A DNA stretch of 24,000 nucleotides from Candidatus Thorarchaeota archaeon (lineage in GTDB: Archaea > Asgardarchaeota > Heimdallarchaeia > Hodarchaeales > Hodarchaeaceae). A program made the translations under genes and the position numbers. Positions within the stretch are counted from its first letter, which is position 1. Every line of letters begins with the position of its first letter. This document shows positions 7,877 to 15,986 of the stretch, piece by piece. Where the stretch lies: the NCBI GenBank assembly GCA_048882505.1, contig JBHLRO010000030.1, forward strand, positions 11,350 to 35,349. The letters run 5' to 3'. The notes under the pieces were generated by a model that worked only from the letters and a program-made list of their open reading frames with translations, had not been told where the DNA came from and did no database searches.

Positions 7877-7892
7877 ACAGGATCCTCATGTC
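7877..7892 (+). other. Trailer strand of the BHB-like processing stem (A-CAGGAU-C-CUC-AUGUC)
   Basis: Complementary to leader 7707-7721. It is preceded by the 3-nt bulge AAA (7875-7877), which lies on the opposite strand from bulge AAG (7726-7728) across a 4-bp CCGG/CCGG helix. Confidence 0.6.
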
Positions 7893-7926
7893 CATTTACT
7901 TGGATATTAGGGATGTGGAGAGTATG

Positions 7927-7934
7927 TTGTTTTT
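7927..7934 (+). terminator. Oligo-T archaeal terminator candidate downstream of the 5S transcript
   Basis: TTGTTTTT, with T5 at 7930-7934, lies 38 nt after the end of the processing stem. Archaeal RNA polymerase terminates at T-runs. Confidence 0.35.
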
Positions 7935-8067
7935 AGAATAGACATCGAAGGTTTTCCCCAAGGACCAATGTCCATATTCGTGATTTTTAATGTATATGAA
8001 TCGATTCTTATCAAAGGAATGAAAAAGCAGATTCAAAATCATTTCAGTTTTGGTTGGGACTGTTATA

Positions 8068-8874
8068 ATGGACTGGAAAACATGGGAAATTGAATACCAG
8101 TACATCGTTGAAGAGCTAGGGCTGGATCGCAAATCTGACTCCTATAGTGCCCAGCAACTTGAGGAAATCCTACTAAAGCATGCATCGAATCGTAAAAAAA
8201 CGATTTTGGATAAATTAATTGCAATACTTCAATATCCAATAATTATAGCTGGCGCAGGGCCTTCCTTGGAGAGAGATTTTGAACTGTTGATGATTACAAA
8301 AGGATTACGCAGAGCTTGGGTTATTTCCGCGGATGGGGCCACATCCTTATTGAAGAAGAAGTCCTTAGTCCCTCAGGTTGTGCTAACAGATCTTGACGGA
8401 GACCCTACTGCGATTGAATGGGCAATGAAGAATGGTTCAATCATTTTAATACACGCTCATGGGGACAACATCCATCTCGTAAAATCATTTTGTGAGGTTT
8501 ATGGGCCCAAATTTTCTACCTATCTTGTGTGGGGTACAACACAAACATATCCGGAACATTTATGGAATTTTGGAGGTTTTACAGACGGGGATAGGGCTAT
8601 CTGTTTAGCCCTACATTTTCAATCTCCATTAATAGCTTTAATAGGATTTGATTTTGGGAAAAAAATTGGAAAATACAGTATTCATAATTCCCCTCTCCAA
8701 AAATCTCCTGTCCGTAAAATTAGGAAGTTTGAAATCGCGCTCCGTATTATTTCATCCTCGTATCCTGATCATAAGGGATTTAGATATAATCTCACTGAAA
8801 AGGGGCAAGAAATCCCAGGTTTTACACGAATTATTGCTAACAGATTTTGGCAAGAGTGGGATCGTCTCGTCTGA
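8068..8874 (+). CDS. mptE: MptE-like 6-hydroxymethyl-7,8-dihydropterin pyrophosphokinase (DUF115 family)
   Basis: Family pattern MDWKTWEIEYQYIVEELGLD...IIIAGAGPSLE...VISADGATSLL...VPQVVLTDLDGD...ILIHAHGDN. The start is moved from the ORF-track TTG 8050 to the first ATG at 8068. Confidence 0.7.
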   Translation: MDWKTWEIEYQYIVEELGLDRKSDSYSAQQLEEILLKHASNRKKTILDKLIAILQYPIIIAGAGPSLERDFELLMITKGLRRAWVISADGATSLLKKKSLVPQVVLTDLDGDPTAIEWAMKNGSIILIHAHGDNIHLVKSFCEVYGPKFSTYLVWGTTQTYPEHLWNFGGFTDGDRAICLALHFQSPLIALIGFDFGKKIGKYSIHNSPLQKSPVRKIRKFEIALRIISSSYPDHKGFRYNLTEKGQEIPGFTRIIANRFWQEWDRLV

Positions 8875-9367
8875 AGGTGTAGCTTGCCATATAGTATTGC
8901 GTTTCCCAGATTGTGACTGTTATCGAATAGATCTGTTCCCATGAAGGATGGTTCTGCAAGGTCTCGGCGAGCTTTTCGCTTAAAAGCCGAGCCAGCGTTT
9001 CCGTGGTAACATTTACACAAGGGAGGAGTTTGACCTCTGCTCTTGGGATTGAATAAACTCGATCTGTATAGCTAATTTGGAGATTGAGATCCAGTTCTGA
9101 AGTCAGAATCTCAATTCTTGGATTATGCGAAGGAAATAGCGTGTAATGATCCCAATCTGATAGTAATTGCTTTATAAGTTCCTCAAGAAAGATAAAATCT
9201 ATCAGAATACCTTCGTCTGTTACGTTGCCCGTGATCTCAACTTCTACCCGATAGTTGTGCCCATGTAGCCCTTCAACATATTCGTCCAGTACCAGAGCAT
9301 GACTGGCGCAGAAATGACTTGCATTCCTATTTATTGTCACCGAAAAAGAATGATCACGAGAATTCAA
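8837..9367 (-). CDS. 6-pyruvoyl-tetrahydropterin synthase / QueD-family enzyme
   Basis: FCASHAL...GLHGHNYRVEVEITG matches the PTPS/QueD zinc-binding His motif and catalytic Cys region. Its 3' end overlaps the convergent mptE-like gene by 38 nt (8837-8874). Confidence 0.7.
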   Translation of the reverse strand: MNSRDHSFSVTINRNASHFCASHALVLDEYVEGLHGHNYRVEVEITGNVTDEGILIDFIFLEELIKQLLSDWDHYTLFPSHNPRIEILTSELDLNLQISYTDRVYSIPRAEVKLLPCVNVTTETLARLLSEKLAETLQNHPSWEQIYSITVTIWETQYYMASYTFRRDDPTLAKIC

Positions 9368-9408
9368 TTTGAAGCCACGGAATATATCTTCTATAGTCAG
9401 CAGTACTA

Positions 9409-10356
9409 CTAATTGGTCTCTTCACCGTACCAATCGCCGCCCTTCATATCCAGAAAGGCAGAAATCGCTGCAGTAGTACCTTCACCAACAGCCACAGAAA
9501 TCTGTCCTTGTCCAGGAGTGATATCTCCACAAGCATAAACACGAGGGACACTCGTTCGCTGTTTATTGTCTACCTTTATGAGTCCATCTTGAGTTAACTC
9601 AACACCAATTTTCTTGGCTAATCCATTTGACGGGATAATCCCAATTGCCACGAAGACCGCTTTAACACGAATAGAGGACTCTTCGCCAGATTTGACATTT
9701 TTTAGAGCGATGCTTTTCACTCCCCCCATATCTGAACCTTTGATTTGTGTTACCACGGAATCCCAGACCATATTTACCCTGCTATTGTTAAGAATCTGGT
9801 CTTGCAGTTTATCCTCAGCCCGTAATTGATCACGTCGGTGGATTAAGTAGACCTCTCTCACAACATTATCAAGATAAAGCGCTTCTGTAACTGCTGAATT
9901 TCCGCCCCCAACAACAGCAACCTTTTTTTGTCTGTAAAGGGCCCCATCACAGGTTGCACAGTAGGAAACTCCTTTACCATCAAACTCCTGTTCACCTGGA
10001 ACATCGAGATGTCTGTGATAGGTTCCCATAGCTAATATAACCACTTTGCATGTGAAAGTGCCCGAAGTCGTCACTACTTCGTGAGTTTTATCCTGAGATA
10101 TAACATCAGTAACTTCCACGAGTTCCTGGATTTCCGCCCCGAATTTTTCGGCTTGCTTCCGAAGGCGTTCTCCGAATTCCAACCCAGTAACATATTCAAA
10201 TCCAGGATAATTTTCAATAAAAGGAGTTTTCGCTGCGAGTCCTCCCACTGCCTCCTTTTCTAAGACTAGAACCTTCCATCCCATTCGGGATCCATAAATC
10301 GCAGCTGCCATCCCTGCAGGTCCTGCACCAACGATAATCATATCGTAATCTGTCAT
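9409..10356 (-). CDS. trxB: Thioredoxin-disulfide reductase
   Basis: FAD motif IIVGAGPAGMAAAIY, redox-active CATCDG, NADPH motif VVGGGNSAVTEA and C-terminal GD motif ACGDIT. The ATG at 10356 (MTDYDMIIVG...) is preferred over the ORF-track TTG at 10368. Confidence 0.9.
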   Translation of the reverse strand: MTDYDMIIVGAGPAGMAAAIYGSRMGWKVLVLEKEAVGGLAAKTPFIENYPGFEYVTGLEFGERLRKQAEKFGAEIQELVEVTDVISQDKTHEVVTTSGTFTCKVVILAMGTYHRHLDVPGEQEFDGKGVSYCATCDGALYRQKKVAVVGGGNSAVTEALYLDNVVREVYLIHRRDQLRAEDKLQDQILNNSRVNMVWDSVVTQIKGSDMGGVKSIALKNVKSGEESSIRVKAVFVAIGIIPSNGLAKKIGVELTQDGLIKVDNKQRTSVPRVYACGDITPGQGQISVAVGEGTTAAISAFLDMKGGDWYGEETN

Positions 10357-10656
10357 AGATTCAACCAAGCGGAATACGGCTCTATTAGAACGCTTTCTAC
10401 GATGAAAAGGGCTTAATAACTCTTAATTACTCTTCATTTAATCCGTTATTATATATATCATCGCATGATTTAATTAAGCATTTCTTATGTATAGAGCAAG
10501 AACTAGTGACCGAGTTGAACTAGAGGAATTTGCCAGAGTAGTTCACCTAAAGGTTTTACGATCTGCCTAGGTGAAAAATCGTCATCAAAATCAAAAGGCT
10601 TTTTCTTTTGGGATCAGATCTAAGTAAAGATACCTCTATGGTATGGTTGTTTAATA

Positions 10657-13299
10657 ATGAAAATAGTCAGGTCATCAACCTCAGAGATCTCATTTCTAGT
10701 TGAATCTATCGATATTCCGATGCAAGAACAGGATTTCATAATAATCACTGAACCTGAGAGAGATGGGGAAGCCCCCCAGAAATATTTGGCTCAAATTGAA
10801 AAGCTGATTCAAAACAAAGAAGGTAGTATCACAGGCAGCGCAGCAATTTTGGGGATTATAAATGCCACAGACCACAGCCTATCTGCATGTCGATTTCCTA
10901 TCTCAACAGATTCTCGTTTGGATCCGCCACCTGTCGGGCTTATTTCGAAAATCCTTTCTTCACGGGACGATAGAGGAATATATCTGGGAGATGTAATTAC
11001 CTCTGCAAACCAAAAAGAACCTTTTCTGATCACACCTAATTTTATTGAAAGACATTTGTTATGTGTCGCAACTACGGGAGCAGGGAAGTCATATAGCATA
11101 GGGGTTCTACTTGAGGAAATTCTACTGAAATTTCCAGAAGCGGCTGTCATCCTGTTCGATATTCATAATGAATATTGGGGTTTAGCTCTTCCCAATGATG
11201 GCATCGAAGTAGAGCATTTAGACCACCAAGACTACTCTCCACGGGGATTTCTAGCCAATATCTTAATCTTCGAAAAAGAATCCCTAGGTCTGGGAAGAAA
11301 GTTCGATCTACCTCGCCTCCGTCGCTTGGTGGATCTAACTGCACCACAAGAAAATTCACTCGCTACGCTCCTGGATTCGCCATTGGTCCTGGAGGACTTG
11401 ATTGAGAAAATCAAGCAAAGTGAGGATATGCATAGTGCCACGCGAGAGAATTTAATTTCTAAAATTCGAAAACTTCGTACTCTAAGATTTTTTGATTCTG
11501 AATTACCATTGGATGCCCTAGTTCGATCCGGACAGGTGTCATTGGTACGTTTGGATCAATTTGTGGATGAACGGAACAGGGGTATTGTGGTTAATGAGAT
11601 CCTTACCCAGCTGTTTGACCAGAAGATTCGTGGAGAACTTGACACCAAAGAAGTTATTATCGTTTGCGAAGAAGCACATCGTTTTTCCTCGGAAAATGAT
11701 ATTTTAGCTAGAATCTCACGTGAAGGCCGTAAGTTTGGAATCTATACCGTTCTTGTCTCCCAGCGACCAGGGGATCTTCCTGATGATATCATCGCCAACA
11801 TGAACACGCTCATAGCACTTCGTGTTCGTTCAGATAAGGATCTGACGAAAATCCGACTGATGGAGGGAATTCGGGCTGAAACGGTAGCGTTACTTCCACA
11901 CTTGTCTCGCGGAGAAGCGTTAATTGTCGGGCTTCGACAAGGTACTTATCGCCCAATTAAGGTTTTAGTTCGCCCACGTATGAGTAAACATATCGACCCT
12001 CAAATAGATCATTTGCCTGATTCAATTCCTCGATATTCACCTCACAGACAGATTGCCATTAGTCCTCCTGTTACATCAGTGCCCGAGGAGATTAAACCAC
12101 CGCCCAGCTATTCCCCACCACTTATCGATGCCATCCAAGCTTTTGATTCCAAAGATTTGAGTAATCTTTTAGCGTGCGAACACGTTTTCATCCTACATAA
12201 GCGTACTGGACTTTGTCTCTTTGATCTTAGTGTGAGCATGCTAGAAATTGATTCGCAACTCGTCTCGGGATTTTTAACAGCTATTTCAGGGTTTTTTCAG
12301 GAACTAAAGACCCAGAGTTCTGTAAAAGAAAGGCTCATTGTCCGAACTTTTGCTGAAGATATCGGCGATCGTGCTTTCGAGATAGTACAATGTGAGGGAG
12401 AATATACGGTAACTGCTGTCATCCTTGATCGCGCCCTCAAATATCTAAACAAGTTCAAACAACGAATAAGGGATTTTGTATATGTTTTTGAAAACACATT
12501 TCGGTCTCAGCTAAATTCAGCGAGTACCAGTGGTGTTATCATACACGAGGATTTTGCCATGGCCATAAAGCTTCTCGACTACTTCATGGGCTTTTCCTTG
12601 CTCATTCCCCTGCGATTAGATCCTTTTCCACCAGAAATGGAATTTTCTGATCTCTTAGGAATTATTGATTCTCAAATGGAAAGAGTAGCTAAATCTGAGG
12701 GTCTCTTTGCTGAGGAAATCGTCAATCAGTGTCTATTGGACTCTGAATATAATCTAAGGGAAATTATCCAAGCTGTCCTCCTTTTCTTACAGAAAGGAAT
12801 CTTGGTTCTGCAGGATAAAACACGAACATTACCTCCCTTTACAGAGACTTCTAGACCCGGAGATCTCATTGAATCCTCTCCAATCGAGGATATCAAGGTA
12901 AAGGAGGAACCTCTTCTCGAAAAGATGTCCGTTATCCCTCCTAAACTCTCTGAGGAAAACGAAACACTCCACATCGAGTGGTTGCCTGCTGTTATTGAAA
13001 AAATCACGCCAACTGCTCTACCAAATGCCTTGGTACCTGATATTTTAGAAAGAGATCTCATTTTTGAATCGGATTTAAGGATAAAAACGCATTCCACAAG
13101 AGTAGAAACCCTTTCAAAAACTGATCTCGATAAGTGGGCTCGAATTATGGACACGAATGGCTTTATTTTGACTCAACAGAATGGAAATCCTCTTAGCGGG
13201 ATAAAACTGATATTTGAATCAGAAGCGACGAAACTTGTCTGTTCGCTCGCAAAACTGAAGGACGGCGATTATATACTCATTCTTGGAGAAATACTATGA
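10657..13299 (+). CDS. HerA/FtsK-superfamily ATPase (DUF87-type) fused to a C-terminal longin-like domain and further uncharacterised modules
   Basis: N-terminal half:
- Walker A CVATTGAGKSYS.
- Walker B VIIVCEEAHRF.
- REGRKFGIYTVLVSQRPGDL and NTLIALRVRSDKD, as in DUF87/HerA ATPases.
Residues 507-619 (nt 12175-12513), CEHVFILHKRTGLCLFD...LVSGFLTAISGFFQEL...RIRDFVYVFENTF, follow the longin/sybindin/AP-sigma pattern. This is a visual assignment. About 260 further residues include a possible winged-helix segment. Confidence 0.7.
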   Translation: MKIVRSSTSEISFLVESIDIPMQEQDFIIITEPERDGEAPQKYLAQIEKLIQNKEGSITGSAAILGIINATDHSLSACRFPISTDSRLDPPPVGLISKILSSRDDRGIYLGDVITSANQKEPFLITPNFIERHLLCVATTGAGKSYSIGVLLEEILLKFPEAAVILFDIHNEYWGLALPNDGIEVEHLDHQDYSPRGFLANILIFEKESLGLGRKFDLPRLRRLVDLTAPQENSLATLLDSPLVLEDLIEKIKQSEDMHSATRENLISKIRKLRTLRFFDSELPLDALVRSGQVSLVRLDQFVDERNRGIVVNEILTQLFDQKIRGELDTKEVIIVCEEAHRFSSENDILARISREGRKFGIYTVLVSQRPGDLPDDIIANMNTLIALRVRSDKDLTKIRLMEGIRAETVALLPHLSRGEALIVGLRQGTYRPIKVLVRPRMSKHIDPQIDHLPDSIPRYSPHRQIAISPPVTSVPEEIKPPPSYSPPLIDAIQAFDSKDLSNLLACEHVFILHKRTGLCLFDLSVSMLEIDSQLVSGFLTAISGFFQELKTQSSVKERLIVRTFAEDIGDRAFEIVQCEGEYTVTAVILDRALKYLNKFKQRIRDFVYVFENTFRSQLNSASTSGVIIHEDFAMAIKLLDYFMGFSLLIPLRLDPFPPEMEFSDLLGIIDSQMERVAKSEGLFAEEIVNQCLLDSEYNLREIIQAVLLFLQKGILVLQDKTRTLPPFTETSRPGDLIESSPIEDIKVKEEPLLEKMSVIPPKLSEENETLHIEWLPAVIEKITPTALPNALVPDILERDLIFESDLRIKTHSTRVETLSKTDLDKWARIMDTNGFILTQQNGNPLSGIKLIFESEATKLVCSLAKLKDGDYILILGEIL

Positions 13300-13365
13300 T
13301 ATTTCAGGGAAAATTGCGCTTTAGCTTCGCCTCCTAGGAAACCAATCTGCCAGGTGTTTATGGGG

Positions 13366-15945
13366 TTACCCCATAAATTCCCGATCAACAATCATTTGTT
13401 CGTCCTTGAAAATGTCCAGATTCCCAAGCCAGGTTGGAAGAACCTTCGCATAACGCTTTTCAAAATCGACAAGAAAATCATTCAGTTTTCTTCGAAGTTC
13501 GGTAGATGTAGAATCAGCAAAGATGGCTGCAAACACCCACTTGGCATACTCAATGGTCAAAACAACATCTCCATGATCGATGGTTCTGAGGAGTTGTTCA
13601 CTCCTTACAGCTTCTTTGGCAAAAGAAGTTATGGCCGAAAAAAGACCAGCTACTAGGGCAGGTTCAACTATTGATTCTTTACCAAACGTATGGGCAAGTA
13701 CAGCGCGGCCATCAAGCATCATAACATGCAGAGAGTCGATTGTGACTTCTTCAAACGAATAAGCGAATTCCCTATGTAAAAGGGATAAAACTTGCGTTAA
13801 AGGAACCTCCAAATCGAAAGTGAGCTCATCCAAAATATGGTGAATCTCTGTGTTGCTCAAACCAGTAGCATTAGAGAGTTCTCCAATGGGACGATATTGA
13901 GTGGAGAGGGCTTGTCGTAAAACGGCGCCATCATCGATTTTCTCCCAACGCTCGTTTATTAGAGCCTTGACAGCGGGATCATCAACGGTACCAGGGAGTC
14001 CAATAAGAATAATATCGGATTTTCGGGATATTTCACCTTCCGAAGGCAACCGTGTCATATCGGAAAAAACGGATTTATATTGGGTTTTTCCTTCTCCTTT
14101 TTGTGTTCTCGTATGGAATTGAATCCGGGCAAGGAAAAGTAAGGCGCCGAAGATAAGGATTATTGCCAAAGGATGTAGAAGATTGTAAGGAATGGAAAGG
14201 ATGCCCAAAAAAGTACTACCTCCCGTTCCACGCCATATCACTGGAATTTGATGCAGCTCAGGCACCAAGAAGTAAACATCTGCAAACCTACCTGTTTTCC
14301 ACACACTCGTGAGCCATTTTAAGTTTATAACTTGACCAAAGCCGGCCAAAGTGGATTCTATTGTTATAAAAGGTGTAATCAATGGAACCCCAGCAAAACG
14401 GGGGAATCCCTGTGGAAGACCCAGGAATGTGGCCCATCCACCAGAATACCAACTGATGAGAGCCAAACTCACTGTTAAGATCGAAAGATATGTGACAACA
14501 GCAGTTCCAATTATACTCCAATTCCATCTCCGGAAAAAAAGAAGCACAAGGGCCGCAATTAGGAATGTAGCATAATTTTGCGTTAACCAAAAGAAAGTGT
14601 CATATTGGACAGTATTAATATTGACAAAAATACTTTGTATAATCACTCGATATGCAAAAAACATGAATGCTAATAAGAAGCCAATTACAACTCCGAATGA
14701 ATAGGATTTTACCGTATTACGGACGGAAATACGTTTGAAGGAGGTTCGAACGTTTTTGATGGTTTCGATTAGCTTAATAAGAAGATAAATCGAAAATGGT
14801 TCAAATATATCCAGGAATAGGATAAAAAAGATTGATACCATTAGGAAATATACGACAAAATAAGAAATTACAAATATCTGTTGCGAGAAAAGGATTAGGA
14901 AAAGAAACACTGCCAGGATTGACATGAACGCTCCGACTGTCGATAGACTTTGGACCATTGCTACATATAGCTGATTGCCCAAAAACTTCCCTTTTCGTGA
15001 TAATCGACTGGCTTTAATCAGATATACGGAGAAAACAATCGCCGCAATATAGGCAAAGAAGATCTCCAGGAACCACCCCATAGAGGTCCCTTGTAGCAAG
15101 CTAGGATTTTCCTCCTCACCAAGAGCTAGAAGAATAGTATTAAGCAAGAATAGAGTAATCGGTAGGATAGCAATCAAGACTTTTAAGAGCTCTCGCTCAT
15201 TATCCCAATCTTTCTCCTTCACGCGGATCGATATTTCTTGGAATGGAGAGTTTTCAGTTTCATATTGGATTTCTCTTATTCGTTCTCTTACCCCACGGAC
15301 TTGGAGGAATTGGTTCCGTAGATCTTCATTATCCTTTTCCAGTTCTTCTATCGCAGTAGTTAAGGCTTGAAGCTCATCCCCCGTTGCGTGCTTTTTCTGG
15401 GCCTGAAATTCTTTCAAGTTTTCTTGATTCCGTTTAATCAGTCTTTTCAAAGGTTTTCGATCATTTCGTTTATCCCCCCATGTCTGATAGAGAATTATTC
15501 CCATAGATAAGAATGGAGATATACCGAAAACAAAAGCAAGAATTACTACGGGATATGTTAGGAAGATAACGATACTGTTCACGAAATGTTGGAACAAATA
15601 TTTGACCAATAGAGGAATTGGAATAAAAATCGCTCCAGTTTGGATGACGGCTTCAGAATCCCAGACTGTTGACCATTGGTTGCTGTTTGAGATAGGATAG
15701 TATTGCTGTTCCAAGTATGCGGACGGGTTAGGAACCAAGGCATTCAAGAAGCTAGGAAAAATAAAATATGCCAAATAAAAAACACAAAAACCAATGAATC
15801 CCCTATTATAGATAGTTGCTCGTATATTATCCCTTTTTCTGCGGGTAAACAAGTATGGGATAGCTAGTACTATAAGGGGGGAGAGTGACAGGACAACCGA
15901 AACGGTCAAATTAAGGGGATCCGAAAGCGGGTCAAACAAGTCCAT
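13366..15945 (-). CDS. Large polytopic membrane protein with a cytoplasmic coiled-coil loop and a C-terminal HTH-like plus longin-like domain
   Basis: More than 10 hydrophobic helices. A charged coiled-coil insert (NQENLKEFQAQKK...EELEKDNEDLRNQFLQVRG). The C-terminal soluble region has IGELSNATGLSNTEIHHILDEL (HTH-like) and LHVMMLDGRAVLAHTF...LVAGLFSAITSFAKEA...RRKLNDFLVDFEKRY (nt about 13450-13731), paralogous to the domain in the convergent ATPase. No family name is recognised. Confidence 0.65.
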   Translation of the reverse strand: MDLFDPLSDPLNLTVSVVLSLSPLIVLAIPYLFTRRKRDNIRATIYNRGFIGFCVFYLAYFIFPSFLNALVPNPSAYLEQQYYPISNSNQWSTVWDSEAVIQTGAIFIPIPLLVKYLFQHFVNSIVIFLTYPVVILAFVFGISPFLSMGIILYQTWGDKRNDRKPLKRLIKRNQENLKEFQAQKKHATGDELQALTTAIEELEKDNEDLRNQFLQVRGVRERIREIQYETENSPFQEISIRVKEKDWDNERELLKVLIAILPITLFLLNTILLALGEEENPSLLQGTSMGWFLEIFFAYIAAIVFSVYLIKASRLSRKGKFLGNQLYVAMVQSLSTVGAFMSILAVFLFLILFSQQIFVISYFVVYFLMVSIFFILFLDIFEPFSIYLLIKLIETIKNVRTSFKRISVRNTVKSYSFGVVIGFLLAFMFFAYRVIIQSIFVNINTVQYDTFFWLTQNYATFLIAALVLLFFRRWNWSIIGTAVVTYLSILTVSLALISWYSGGWATFLGLPQGFPRFAGVPLITPFITIESTLAGFGQVINLKWLTSVWKTGRFADVYFLVPELHQIPVIWRGTGGSTFLGILSIPYNLLHPLAIILIFGALLFLARIQFHTRTQKGEGKTQYKSVFSDMTRLPSEGEISRKSDIILIGLPGTVDDPAVKALINERWEKIDDGAVLRQALSTQYRPIGELSNATGLSNTEIHHILDELTFDLEVPLTQVLSLLHREFAYSFEEVTIDSLHVMMLDGRAVLAHTFGKESIVEPALVAGLFSAITSFAKEAVRSEQLLRTIDHGDVVLTIEYAKWVFAAIFADSTSTELRRKLNDFLVDFEKRYAKVLPTWLGNLDIFKDEQMIVDREFMG

Positions 15946-15969
15946 GAAAAGGCACCATTACAATTGAAT

Positions 15970-15986
15970 CTATCGATTATCGATAG
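15970..15986. promoter_or_regulatory. Perfect 17-nt palindrome CTATCGAT-T-ATCGATAG upstream of the membrane-protein gene
   Basis: 8-bp arms around one central base, located 25-41 nt upstream of the ATG at 15945 (minus strand). This is the position expected for an operator overlapping the promoter or 5' UTR. Confidence 0.3.

Noticed and set aside
7707-7892. SRP (7S) RNA S-domain, suggested by the rod-like outer helix and by CCGGAAG / CCCGGAAAC motifs resembling a GNAR tetraloop helix 8.
   Set aside because: Neither GGAA can be closed into a tetraloop helix. The conserved AGCA asymmetric loop is absent and the element is too short. All segments are fully explained by 5S rRNA homology.
7896-8132. 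78-aa ORF on the minus strand in the 5S-mptE intergenic region.
   Set aside because: It overlaps the mptE-like start and the duplicated stem element. It has no RBS, and its Ser-rich N-terminus and overall sequence look non-coding.
10699-10712. The exact 14-nt repeat TTGAATCTATCGAT, shared with 15964-15977, as a standalone regulatory motif.
   Set aside because: By rough expectation, one to two exact 14-mers arise by chance among about 6e8 position pairs in this AT-rich window. It is kept only as a weak side note to the palindrome finding.
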